64,000 nucleotides of DNA from an uncultured delta proteobacterium. GTDB taxonomy: Bacteria > Desulfobacterota > WTBG01 > CAIYCZ01 > CAIRTM01. The position numbers and the translations under genes are program-made. The notes beneath the pieces are model-generated. The model searched no databases and was not told the origin of the DNA. It saw nothing but the letters and a program-made list of their open reading frames with translations. Shown here in pieces: positions 31,706 to 41,832 of this stretch. The stretch's first letter is position 1; every line of letters begins with the position of its first letter. The stretch covers positions 1 to 64,000 of the forward strand of contig CAWDSQ010000005.1 of NCBI GenBank assembly GCA_963804955.1, given 5' to 3'.

Positions 31706-32449
31706 ATGAAGCTGAAAGACAAGGTTGCTATTGTGACGGGTGCTGCCCGCGGCATCGGCCGGGCCATTGCCCTTGCACTGGCGGCAGAAAAAGCAACAAT
31801 CATCTGCGTTGATGTTGCGGCCCCTGAAAAGTCTGAAGCGCTTGTGAATGAAATCAAGGGTCTGGGCGCTGAGGCCGAAGCCTATCAGGCTGATGTGCGC
31901 GATTTCGAGGCCATAGAGAAGATGGCGCAGCATGTGATAGAAAGATACGGCCGCATTGATATACTTGTCAATAACGCGGGCGTGAACCGCGACTCGCTCA
32001 TACTCATGATGACGCCCGAGCAGTGGCGCGAGGTTATTGAGATTAATCTGTACGGCGCGTTTCACTGCACCAAGGCCGTGGCGCAGCAGATGATGTTTCA
32101 GAAATACGGCCGCATCATAAATATTTCCTCCATCGCCGGCTCGAGCCCCGGCCGCGGCCACGCAAATTATGCAGCCTCCAAGGGGGGTGTGAACGCCTTC
32201 ACGCGCGCTGCCGCAGTGGAGCTGGCGCCTAAAAAGATAACGGTCAATGCCGTGGCGCCCGGCGTCATCGAGACCGAGATGAGCGCCGAGGTAATGCGGC
32301 GGGCAAAGGACCTGGTGATGGAGCATATACCGCTCAAGCGCCTGGGCACGGCAGAGGATGTGGCCCGCATGGTCGCCTTTCTTGCATCCGATGATGCCGC
32401 CTACATAACCGGTCAGATTTTTAATGTCGACGGCGGCTTTCGAGGGTAA
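31706..32449 (+). CDS. fabG: 3-oxoacyl-ACP reductase
   Basis: TGAARGIG, NNAG, NYAASK, VNAVAPG, VDGG. Confidence 0.92.
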   Translation: MKLKDKVAIVTGAARGIGRAIALALAAEKATIICVDVAAPEKSEALVNEIKGLGAEAEAYQADVRDFEAIEKMAQHVIERYGRIDILVNNAGVNRDSLILMMTPEQWREVIEINLYGAFHCTKAVAQQMMFQKYGRIINISSIAGSSPGRGHANYAASKGGVNAFTRAAAVELAPKKITVNAVAPGVIETEMSAEVMRRAKDLVMEHIPLKRLGTAEDVARMVAFLASDDAAYITGQIFNVDGGFRG

Positions 32450-32521
32450 TACGCCGCGCCTGAGCGGTGTCGGCAGTATATATCTGTCAGAACAACAGTG
32501 AAGACTGAAAAGGAGCTTGCA

Positions 32522-32920
32522 ATGGAAGAAAAAGAGATTTTCGAGAAAGTGAAAGACGCAATTGTTGATGCCCTTGGCGTTGATGATGATGAGGTCAGTG
32601 CCGAATCGTCGCTGTTTGACGATCTGGGCGCAGAGTCTCTCGATCTGCTTGACATCGTTTTTCGCCTTGAAAAAAATTTCGGCATCAAAATTCCCCGCGG
32701 CGCCATGGTGCAGGATATGCTTGCCGCTGAAGGCGTCAAGGAGTCAGACGTGCTGGTTGACGGCGCCGTCACCGAGCTGGGCGCCAGGCTGCTGCGCGAG
32801 CGCATGTCAGAGGTGAAGCCCGAGAAGATACAGGCAGGGTTCCGCATTGATGATATCCCGACTCTTTTTACGGTACAGACCTTCGTCAAGCTCGTCAAGG
32901 AGCAGCTGGCCGCCAAGTAA
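32522..32920 (+). CDS. atypically long acyl carrier protein
   Basis: DDLGAESLDLLDIVFRLEK phosphopantetheine motif; 132 aa, with an insertion before the final TVQTFV helix. Confidence 0.88.
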   Translation: MEEKEIFEKVKDAIVDALGVDDDEVSAESSLFDDLGAESLDLLDIVFRLEKNFGIKIPRGAMVQDMLAAEGVKESDVLVDGAVTELGARLLRERMSEVKPEKIQAGFRIDDIPTLFTVQTFVKLVKEQLAAK

Positions 32921-32941
32921 GCGCGGCGCAGGGGCGCAGCC

Positions 32942-33310
32942 ATGCGTGTGGGAACCGACATTACCGAGGTCAGTCGCATCCGTGAGCTTATGGGCAGGCA
33001 TGCCGGGTTCCGCGCTGCGGTGTTCACCCCGCAGGAGATCGACTACTGCGAGAGCAAGCGGCACACCTACGAGCATTATGCCGCCAGGTTTGCCGTGAAG
33101 GAAAGCGTTATGAAGGCTGTGGGCAGGGGCTGGCTGCAGGGGCTGGAATGGACGGACATCGAGGTCGTGCGCCGTGCTTCGGGCGAGCCTTCCATAGCGG
33201 CCCACGGTTCGCTGCTGGCGGCGATGCAGCAACTGGGCATCGGCGATTTTGCCGTTTCTCTGTCTCATTGCCGCAGTCATGCAACAGCAGTGGTCATTGC
33301 TGTGCACTGA
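32942..33310 (+). CDS. acpS: holo-ACP synthase
   Basis: VGTDI, FTPQE, ARFAVKESVMKA.G.G, SLSH. Confidence 0.93.
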   Translation: MRVGTDITEVSRIRELMGRHAGFRAAVFTPQEIDYCESKRHTYEHYAARFAVKESVMKAVGRGWLQGLEWTDIEVVRRASGEPSIAAHGSLLAAMQQLGIGDFAVSLSHCRSHATAVVIAVH

Positions 33311-33518
33311 TGACAGGGCTGGCAGCGTGCCCGGCGCGGTCCGGTAAGAGCATCCGTCCCTGTTCGACATTTTTTTAATGCGCAGCGTAAGGACAAAGCC
33401 CCGCAAAAGCGGGGCGAAAAAATTCCCCCTGTAGCAAAGGGGGATGAAATTAACATGTTTTTTTCTTTAAAATTAATATTGTCCCCTTGTGTATGGGGAG
33501 CTGTGTAAAAGCTGACAT

Positions 33519-34814
33519 ATGAAACGACGCATCGTCATTACCGGCATGGGGACCATTACCCCCCTGGGCACAACCCTGAAGGCAACCTGGGACGGCGTGG
33601 TGAACGGCCGTTCAGGCATCGGTCCGGTCGCGCTTTTTGACGCATCGAAATTCCCCGTGCGGATCGCCGGCGAGGTCAGGGGCTTTACCTGCGATATCTC
33701 GGCGATTCCGGAGGATATGCGCGCTTTGCCGGGCCGCAGCGCATTGTTCTGCCTGTCGGCGGCGCATGAGGCGCTGCAGGATGCCGGGCTTGATATGGGC
33801 CGCGAGAATCCGCTCCGGGTCGGCATCTCTCTGGGCGCAGACGAGGAGACGCAGCTTTTTCAAGCGATCAGCACCCTGTATGATAAGCCTCTGGAGCTCC
33901 GTGCGCTTGCCGGGGGAATGCCTCTTTTTGTTGAATGCCTCGAGCATTCGTCCCTGGCCGGGCAGCGGTGGTCATTCAAGCGAAAAGCCGATATCGCTAC
34001 CAAGCTGCTTGCCATTACCTGCGGCATAGAGGGCCCCGCCGATACGTCCCATACAGCCTGCTCCTCAAGCGGCCATGCCATCGGCAAGGCCAAGCGCATG
34101 ATCGAAAACGGTGACTGCGATGCTGTCATCACGGGCGGGCACTGCGCCATGATCAACGAATTCAGCGTTGCCGGGTTTTATCTGCTGGGCACGCTTTCTA
34201 CGCGCAATGACGAGCCGCAGCGGGCAAGCCGCCCGTTTGATCTTGACCGCGACGGCTTTGTTATCGGCGAGGGTGCAGGTATCATGGTTCTCGAAGAGCT
34301 TGAGCACGCACGAAAGCGCGGGGCGCACATCTACGCCGAACTTGCGGGGTACGGGTCGTCATCGAATGCATACCGCCTGACCGATACGCCTCCCGACGGC
34401 AAAGGAGGAGATATAGCCATGCAGCGGGCCCTTGAGGACGCAGGTATCGAACCCTCACGCGTGGGCTATATCAATGCTCACGGCACAAGCACGCTGCTCA
34501 ACGACCGCAGCGAGACCCTTGCCATCAAGCATGTTTTCGGCCAGGGTGCGCACAAAATTCCGGTCAGCTCCAGCAAGTCGATGATCGGCCACCTGGTCTG
34601 CGCTTCATCCGCAGCGGAGCTTATCATCACCGTCATGGCTGTCAAAGACAATATCATTCCGCCCACGATCAACCTGGAGAATCCCGACCCGCTCTGCGAT
34701 CTTGACTATGTGCCCAACACGGCCCGCAGGCAGGAGCTGGGAGCGGCTCTGTCAAACTCATTTGCTTTCGGCGGCCAGAACGCCAGCCTGATAGTTGCTA
34801 AATTCAAAGGCTGA
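33519..34814 (+). CDS. beta-ketoacyl-ACP synthase (FabF-like KS3)
   Basis: TACSSSG, INAHGTST, KSMIGH, SNSFAFGGQN. Confidence 0.92.
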   Translation: MKRRIVITGMGTITPLGTTLKATWDGVVNGRSGIGPVALFDASKFPVRIAGEVRGFTCDISAIPEDMRALPGRSALFCLSAAHEALQDAGLDMGRENPLRVGISLGADEETQLFQAISTLYDKPLELRALAGGMPLFVECLEHSSLAGQRWSFKRKADIATKLLAITCGIEGPADTSHTACSSSGHAIGKAKRMIENGDCDAVITGGHCAMINEFSVAGFYLLGTLSTRNDEPQRASRPFDLDRDGFVIGEGAGIMVLEELEHARKRGAHIYAELAGYGSSSNAYRLTDTPPDGKGGDIAMQRALEDAGIEPSRVGYINAHGTSTLLNDRSETLAIKHVFGQGAHKIPVSSSKSMIGHLVCASSAAELIITVMAVKDNIIPPTINLENPDPLCDLDYVPNTARRQELGAALSNSFAFGGQNASLIVAKFKG

Positions 34815-34888
34815 GCATCGATTGTCCGCAGTGCGGCAGGACACCGCACTGCCCCGTGAACCGTATATGCACAAGAAGGGACGAGCGT

Positions 34889-35824
34889 ATGAGATTTCTC
34901 ATGGTTGACCGCATTTGTGAGCTTTCGCGCGGAACAAGCGCCCGCGGCATCAAGAACATTTCCTGGGATCATGAGTTTCTTGATGAATATGTTCCCGGAG
35001 TCCCGGTCTTTTCCCCTGTTTTGCTCACCGAGTCGGTTGCGCAGCTGATTTCATGGGCCATTATCGAGGCCAAAGACTTTACCGTCAAGCCGGTGATCAC
35101 CATTCTGGACAGCTATGTCTGCACGGGCCATCCCCGGCCGGGCGATCAGCTCGAGCTCACCGGCGCCATCGAAAGCCTCAGCCCGGAGAGCGCCCTTGCC
35201 CACGGCACAATTCTTTTAAACGGCAGGCCGATTATTGAGCTTGGGCATGCGGTCTGCTACCTGTATCCGCTGCAGGAGCTTGACCCGCCCGAGCGGGCGC
35301 GCCGGCAGTTCGAGAACCTCTACATAGCCGGGCACCCGCTGCCTGCGGCGCAGCCGGCTGCTCCTGTGGGGCCCTTTGTTGAGCAGAGCTTTGCCAGCCG
35401 CCGGCGCTGGCTGGACCGCATTATTGAAACCGGCGACAGCAGCAAGCTGCAGGGCATAAAAAATGTTACCGCTACCGATGACTGCTTCAACGACCATTTC
35501 CCGCTCAAGCCCGTTCTGCCCGGCGTTGCGATCATGGAGGCGCAGCACAGCCTTGCCCGCGAGCTTGCCCTGCGCCAGCTTGCCGAGCGCGGCCTGACCG
35601 AGAGCTTTCCTGTTCTCTGCCGGGCGGAGAAGGTGAAGTTTCGCCTTTTTGTTCAGCCGGGGGACCAGATGGTGGTGGAGGCGACGGTGAAATCTTTTTC
35701 CGACGGCCAGTGCTCCGTGGCCACGCGGGTGACCGTGGGCGGCAAAAACGCCGCCAGCGTGCTGCTGCATTTCGAGCTGCCCGAACGCGCCGCCTATCTG
35801 CAAAAATATATTCTCGGCAGGTGA
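34889..35824 (+). CDS. fused double FabZ/FabA-like dehydratase
   Basis: Domain 1: FLMVDR...KN...DEYVPG.P (His lost). Domain 2: KNVT...DHFP..PVLPGV..MEA...KFR..VQPGD (intact). Confidence 0.85.
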   Translation: MRFLMVDRICELSRGTSARGIKNISWDHEFLDEYVPGVPVFSPVLLTESVAQLISWAIIEAKDFTVKPVITILDSYVCTGHPRPGDQLELTGAIESLSPESALAHGTILLNGRPIIELGHAVCYLYPLQELDPPERARRQFENLYIAGHPLPAAQPAAPVGPFVEQSFASRRRWLDRIIETGDSSKLQGIKNVTATDDCFNDHFPLKPVLPGVAIMEAQHSLARELALRQLAERGLTESFPVLCRAEKVKFRLFVQPGDQMVVEATVKSFSDGQCSVATRVTVGGKNAASVLLHFELPERAAYLQKYILGR

Positions 35825-35945
35825 GCTTGCAGCCCGCCCGGGCAGCCAAAAGGCCCGGGAGAGAATTTGATTGACAGGAAAGCCCATATCCTGTAATAAA
35901 TAGAATCCTTCCAGTTCCTCACAAAGAATCATACGGAGGTCATTG

Positions 35946-36182
35946 ATGGCACGCATTACCGTTGAAGATTGTCTGAGCAATATTGAAAACCGTTTTATCC
36001 TGGTGCATATGGCAAGCCAGCGCACCCGCCAGCTGCTCAAGGGCGCCACCCCCCTTGTCGCCGCACCTGACAACCGCGAGGTTGTACAGTCGCTGCGTGA
36101 AATCGCAGCAGGCAAGGTGAGGCTGACCGAGGCCACCATAACCCGCCTTCAAGAGATGGATATCCTGGATTCCAAGAGCTGA
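35946..36182 (+). CDS. rpoZ: RNA polymerase omega subunit
   Basis: [21 protein letters not shown]...LREIA.G. Confidence 0.95.
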   Translation: MARITVEDCLSNIENRFILVHMASQRTRQLLKGATPLVAAPDNREVVQSLREIAAGKVRLTEATITRLQEMDILDSKS

Positions 36183-36222
36183 CACTGCCGCCACAGGCTC
36201 TGGCAGCGAAGAAGAGTACAAC

Positions 36223-36247
36223 AAGGCCGCTCCCAGCGGCTTTTTTT
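36223..36247 (+). terminator. intrinsic terminator after rpoZ
   Basis: gccgct-ccc-agcggc followed by a T-tract. Confidence 0.8.
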
Positions 36248-36309
36248 ATTGCCCTTGACAGAGACGCGGCGCCTTTATAAGATGGGCTGCACAGTATTCA
36301 GGGAGCACT

Positions 36310-36894
36310 ATGGAAATCACGGGACGCACTATTATTCACGAGGCAGCACGGGATATTGCCCGGTGCGCAGCAGACAATGCCGGCATCATAGCGCGCATGG
36401 CAGAAGCCCTGATCGCCTGCTTTGAGCGTGGCGGCAAGGTTCTTATCTGCGGCAACGGGGGCAGCGCAGCCGAGGCGCAGCACTTTGCCGCTGAATTTAT
36501 AAACAAGATTTTTACCTTCCGCAAAGCCCTTCCCGCCCTTGCGCTCACAACCGATTCGTCCGCCATTACCAGCATCGGCAATGATCTTGCCTTTGAAGAT
36601 ATTTTTTCCCGTCAGGTTGAAGCCCTGGGCAGCAGGGGGGACATGCTCTGGGGCCTGAGCACAAGCGGCCGGTCTGCCAATGTCATCAAGGCTTTTGCCG
36701 CAGCGCGAGCAGCCGGGCTTACCTGTATAGCTTTCTGCGGCAAGCCGGGCAGCGACATGGAAGCGCAGGCCGACATCAGTCTGACAGTTGCATCCGGCAA
36801 CACAGCCCGCATCCAGGAGGTGCATCTGGTGGCGGGGCATGTGCTCTGCGAGCTGGTTGAGCAGCACTATTGCAGGAAAGGGCAGCCCGCCTGA
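36310..36894 (+). CDS. gmhA: phosphoheptose isomerase (SIS domain)
   Basis: CGNGGSAAEAQH, IGND, STSG.S.NV, RIQEVH. Confidence 0.92.
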   Translation: MEITGRTIIHEAARDIARCAADNAGIIARMAEALIACFERGGKVLICGNGGSAAEAQHFAAEFINKIFTFRKALPALALTTDSSAITSIGNDLAFEDIFSRQVEALGSRGDMLWGLSTSGRSANVIKAFAAARAAGLTCIAFCGKPGSDMEAQADISLTVASGNTARIQEVHLVAGHVLCELVEQHYCRKGQPA

Positions 36895-36939
36895 GCATTC
36901 ACGGGACTTGTTTTATACCTACGAGAGAGGGGGATACGA

Positions 36940-37317
36940 ATGGAACGCAGCATCACAATAACCTCCGGCGCAGTGCACATCGGCGGCGTGCTGTCCTCAA
37001 GCCCGACTGCGGATGCCGTCTGGAACTGCCTGCCCCTGCATGCTTCGGTCAGCACCTGGGGAGATGAAATTTATTTCAGCATTCCGGTGAAGGTTGACCT
37101 TGAAGACGATGCTAAAGACATCGTCGAGATTGGCGATATGGGCTACTGGCCATCGGGAGCGGCGTTCTGCATTTTTTTCGGCCCCACGCCCGTCAGCAGG
37201 CCGGGCGAGATCAGGCCTGCGAGCGCGGTGAATGTTTTCGGCAAAGTCACCGGCGATACGGCTGCCTTGAAACAGATCACCGAGGGCAGCGCCATAACCA
37301 TTGCAAAGGCCGAATAA
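36940..37317 (+). CDS. cyclophilin-like fold protein (DUF369-like)
   Basis: WGDEIYF, GD.GYWPSG.AFCIFFGPTP, ASAVNVFG. Confidence 0.85.
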   Translation: MERSITITSGAVHIGGVLSSSPTADAVWNCLPLHASVSTWGDEIYFSIPVKVDLEDDAKDIVEIGDMGYWPSGAAFCIFFGPTPVSRPGEIRPASAVNVFGKVTGDTAALKQITEGSAITIAKAE

Positions 37318-37878
37318 ATGCCCCGGCCCGCCCTGCGTCCGAACATGCTGCTGGCAACCGGCTTTGGCGCAGGGTATGTTCCCATTGCCCCGGGCACGGC
37401 AGGATCTGCCGTGGGCGTTCTGCTTTTTTATCTTCTGTCACCCCTGCCGCCCGCCTGGTATCTTGCCATAACCGTCTTCGTAACGCTTGGCGCCATCTGG
37501 TTCTCCGGTAAAGCTGAAAAAATTCTCGGCACGAATGATCCCCCGCAGGTTGTCATTGATGAAATCGCCGGACAGCTTATTACCCTTGCCCTGCTGCCCC
37601 CGGACTGGAAATATATGCTTGCCGGCTTTCTGCTGTTCCGGCTGCTTGATATCATAAAGCCCTGGCCGGCAAATAAAATAAACAGGGATATGCATGGAGG
37701 CGCGGGCATAGTGCTTGATGATGTGGTTGCGGGCATATATGCAAACCTTCTGCTGCAGATTGCACGGGCAGTATCAGGGTATATCGCCTGCGACCGGAAT
37801 AATGTTTCTGTAGCATGTTTTAATTGCGGCCCAATGAAAAGATTGGAGGCAAATGAAAGAATACAAAGCAATATTTGA
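37318..37878 (+). CDS. pgpA: phosphatidylglycerophosphatase A (3' end possibly over-extended)
   Basis: APGTAGS, DP..VVIDE..G, FRLLDI.KPWP, GIVLDDVVAG. Confidence 0.92.
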   Translation: MPRPALRPNMLLATGFGAGYVPIAPGTAGSAVGVLLFYLLSPLPPAWYLAITVFVTLGAIWFSGKAEKILGTNDPPQVVIDEIAGQLITLALLPPDWKYMLAGFLLFRLLDIIKPWPANKINRDMHGGAGIVLDDVVAGIYANLLLQIARAVSGYIACDRNNVSVACFNCGPMKRLEANERIQSNI

Positions 37879-38632
37879 AAAAATCGAAGCAACACTCATC
37901 GATACTGGTTCTGCTAATACCCCTGCTGATGAAATCAGGACTAAACTTAATGCATTTAAGAAAGTTGAGGGCAGTACTTTTTCCGACGCTGAATATTATT
38001 GGATACTGGTATATGTTATTTTCTATTCAGGGTTTAGGGCCGCAACGGTTACTGGCAAGCTGGAGCTGATCCGCAGTTGCTTTCCTGATTATCAAACTGT
38101 TTCCAACTATGATACGGGCAAGATTGATGAAATACTTGCCAACCCCGCAATGATTAAAAACAGGCGTAAGATTGAAGCATGCGTACAAAACGCTCAGGTT
38201 TTCAAAAATATCGTCAGCGAATACGGTTCTTTTAAAGCATATATAGACTCCTTTTTCCCTTTAGCCTCTTTTGAAAACCTGATGCTTTTAAAAGAAGAGT
38301 TGGAATACCGCTTTTCTGGCCTGGGAAGAATTACGACCTACCATGTCCTGACGGATATCGGCATGCCGGTAATTAAACCGGACAGGGTCATTTGCCTTAT
38401 ATTTACGAGACTGGGGTTTATTGAAGGCGAAGAACAGCTTCTGAAAACTGTCATTCAGGGCCGAAAGTTTGCCGAAGCCACCGGCCATCCCATCCGCTAC
38501 ATCGATATTGTTTTCGTTGCCTATGGCCAAGTTCAATCCAGGGAATACGGCTTGGAAAATGGCATTTGCCTTGAACAAAACCCATTGTGTTCAATTTGCG
38601 GCGTAACGGAACACTGCAATTACATCAACTGA
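37853..38632 (+). CDS. DNA-3-methyladenine glycosylase I-like protein with a C-terminal Cys cluster
   Basis: FYSGF, IKNRRKIEA..NA (Tag-like); KPDR; C-x6-C-x2-C-x5-C at the C-terminus. Confidence 0.75.
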   Translation: MKEYKAIFEKIEATLIDTGSANTPADEIRTKLNAFKKVEGSTFSDAEYYWILVYVIFYSGFRAATVTGKLELIRSCFPDYQTVSNYDTGKIDEILANPAMIKNRRKIEACVQNAQVFKNIVSEYGSFKAYIDSFFPLASFENLMLLKEELEYRFSGLGRITTYHVLTDIGMPVIKPDRVICLIFTRLGFIEGEEQLLKTVIQGRKFAEATGHPIRYIDIVFVAYGQVQSREYGLENGICLEQNPLCSICGVTEHCNYIN

Positions 38633-38773
38633 TGCCTTTTTGCAATTCAGACTGCACCACCCTATGAGCCAAGTAAAAGAGATTTTTTCACTTAAACTAT
38701 TGACAATATAGTTCTAAATTGGCTATATTATCTATTGAAAGTGTTTTTTTCTCATTAAAAGCCTTGGGAGGGC

Positions 38774-40102
38774 GTGATGATATTAAGTTTTTCTGTTGAA
38801 AACTGGATGTCTTTTCAGAAAAAGGTTTGTTTTTCCATGGTTGCAAGCCGGGAAAAACAACATCGGGAACGTGTTCCTCGTGCTGAAAAATACCAAACCA
38901 GTATTCTTCCAATTGCCGCTATTTATGGCGGCAATGCATCAGGCAAGACAAATCTTTTTAAGGCATTGAACTTTGCAAAGTTACTTGTCGTGAGGGGAAC
39001 ACAGCCCGATAGTCTGATACCGGTTGAATTTTTCCGCCTGGATTCGAAAAGTTCGGAACTCCCGGTTCGTTTTGCATTTGAGATTCTTGTGAATGAAATT
39101 ATTTATGAGTTCAGCTTTGCCGTGACCCGGAAATCAGTGGTAGAGGAAAAACTGGTAGAGATTTCAAGCACCAGTGAGAAGATTTTATACAACCGTAGAA
39201 ATAATCAATGTGAGTTTGACCGTAGTTTTACGAATAACGATTTTCTCAAGTTTGCCTTTCAGGGCACACGGGATAATCAACTGTTTTTGACAAATGCAGT
39301 CTCTCAAAAGGTTGAGACCTTTAAACCGATTTATGACTGGTTTAAGGACACCTTGGAATTGGTTGCACCGGATACCCGATTCGCACCTTTGAACAATTTT
39401 TTGATGAGGCGCATAATTTATATGTAAAGATGAACACAATGTTGCCAAAGCTTGGATACTGGTATAAGCGCAGCTTAAAGGTGAGGATATCCCGTTTGCC
39501 AACATACCTCTGCCTGAACCAATAAAGCTAAAACTCCAGGAAGATGTCAAAGAGGGCATGACGGTTCGGTTTCTTAACAGAACCAAATGAGCGTTTCATA
39601 ATAACGCGTAAGAATGGCGAGTTGGCATCAAAAAAACTAGTGACCTACCATGCCAAGCAAGGATGGTAAAGAAGTAAAATTTGAGATGAGCCACGAATCG
39701 GATGGTTCTCAGCGGGTCATCGATCTTCTGCCCGCATTTCTGGAAATATCCGCCGAACGTTCAAAAAAAGTATATGTGATTGATGAAGTAGACCGGAGTA
39801 TGCATACGCTGCTGACAAGAAGCTTGCTGGAGGGTTATTTGCAAAATTGCTCTCCAGATAGCCGTGCACAGTTACTGTTTACGACACATGATGTTTTGTT
39901 GATGGATCAAAACATCTTGCGTCGAGATGAAATGTGGGTAACTGAGCGTGATGCCGATGGTGTTTCCAGTCTTTTATCTTTCAGCGACTATAAGCATATT
40001 AGGTATGATAAAGATATTCGCAAGAGTTATCTGCAGGGGCGTTTGGGCGGCATCCCTCGTATTTTATTGTGTGGCGGTTTTGCAAATACATGCAGTGACT
40101 GA
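38774..40102 (+). CDS. RloA-like AAA/ABC ATPase, interrupted by apparent frameshifts
   Basis: [11 protein letters not shown] (Walker A), [37 protein letters not shown]. Confidence 0.85.
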
Positions 40103-40123
40103 TCACAACAAGGGGAATGCCTG

Positions 40124-40549
40124 ATGCCGCGCAAAAGGCGAAAATTTCAACGCCCACTCGGGGCAGCTGACGATACCGGAAATTGTTTGTGATAGCCGTT
40201 GAAGGGGCAAATACAGAACCTCAGTATTTTGCCCTTTTTAACGATCAGCAATCTGTCGTTAAAGTGAATTGTCTCAAGAGCAAACATGAGAGCTCACCGC
40301 CACAAGTGCTAAAGAGAATGGAACAGTATCTTAAAAAAGAATCTTTAAGATCAACAGATGAAGCATGGCTGGTATGCGACAAGGATCAGTGGAGAGATGA
40401 TCAACTGTTGCAGCTTCACGGCTGGTCACAAAAAAAGGCCAATTATGGTTTTGCTCTCAGCAATCCGAACTTTGAATACTGGTTGCTGCTTGCATTTTGA
40501 AGAAGGCAGTGGGGTTTCAAGTGCGCGCATGGCTTTGAAAAGGCAATAA
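40124..40549 (+). pseudogene. RloB family protein, frameshifted and 3'-truncated
   Basis: VEG.NTEPQYF, WLVCDKD, SNPNFEYWLLLHF; ends early in AT-rich DNA. Confidence 0.8.
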
Positions 40550-40877
40550 AAATAATCAATTCTTATTTAAAATAATTATTATTAAAATTTAAACAAGTTG
40601 TTTGGTGTGATAAGATTTGCCGATCATGCTCTGCGTGCATTCATTATGAACTTATTACGTGAAAAAATTCCGTTATAACTTCATAATAAGGCAAACGACT
40701 TTATTTTGTCAGCGGCTTGATTGCTTTTGCGCATAGATACAGGCGGTAACGGAATGACGTTGTGCATATCTGCGATTTGCTGTAAAACGAAAATCAATCA
40801 TTTTTCCCATATGGGGAAAATGGTTGTTATAAGTTTATAATCATAAACCGGAACAAATCTAACAGGGGTATTTTAAA

Positions 40878-41615
40878 ATGAACTTTGCGAAGCTTGATGA
40901 ATTAAAAGCAAAGCTTGATTCGTACCGCCCCCTGCCGCGGGAGATTGTGGAAAATCTGCATGAAGACCTGATTCTGCGCTGGACCTATAATTCCAATGCT
41001 ATTGAGGGCAATACCCTGACGCTCAAGGAAACCAAGGTGGCGCTTGAAGGTATAACCATAGGCGGCAAAACCATGCGGGAGCATTTCGAGGCGCATAAAT
41101 CACCGCGAAGCGATTCTTTTTGTTGAAGACTTAATTAAAAAGGCTGAACCGCTCACACAGTGGCAGATAAAGAGCCTGCACCAGCTCATTTTGAAAAATA
41201 TCGACGAGGAAAATGCCGGGAGTTATAGAACTGTGAATGTTGTCATTTCAGGGGCCACACATAAGCCGCCGGATCATGTGCTGGTGCCGAAGAAATGGAG
41301 CGCCTGGTCAACTGGTATGCCACCGATGGCATGCGCCTTCATCCGGTTGAGCGTGCCGCTCGCGTGCATGCCGATTTTGTGAAGATACACCCTTTTACCG
41401 ATGGCAATGGCCGCACAGCGCGCCTGCTTATGAATCTTGAACTCGTGAAGGCCGGTTTCCCGGCTGCCGTGCTGCCGGTTGAAAGAAGGCTGGCATATTA
41501 CGAAGCCCTCGACGCCGCGCATGTCCGTGGTGACGATGAGCCTTTCATGAGAATGATGGCGGAAATTGTTGAACAGAGTTTCGAGCCGTACTGGTTTGCC
41601 TTGGGTGTGAAGTGA
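40878..41615 (+). CDS. Fic family protein (apparent frameshifts near 41095 and 41290)
   Basis: SNAIEGNTLT inhibitory motif; HPFTDGNGRTAR catalytic motif. Confidence 0.9.
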
Positions 41616-41832
41616 TGGATCGAAAATCAATCGTTTGCGTGTTTGGAATGCCGGCCAGGTATTTTGAATTTAAAATGATTGAAATACGTATCTGCTTCAA
41701 CGATACCTTTTACTGAAAAAAAACGACCTCTGCTGGAAATCTCCGGATTTTGTGTACTATACTGGTAGAGCCACGGATGGTTGGCACAGAGAGCATTCGG
41801 CAAACTAACACAAGACTAAAGGAGGACCATGT

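Noticed and set aside
28668..35824. Ladderane or aryl-polyene cluster as a firm call
   Set aside because: It lacks the radical SAM/desaturase genes and the aryl starter ligase, acyltransferase and transport genes expected for those clusters; only the core architecture is similar.
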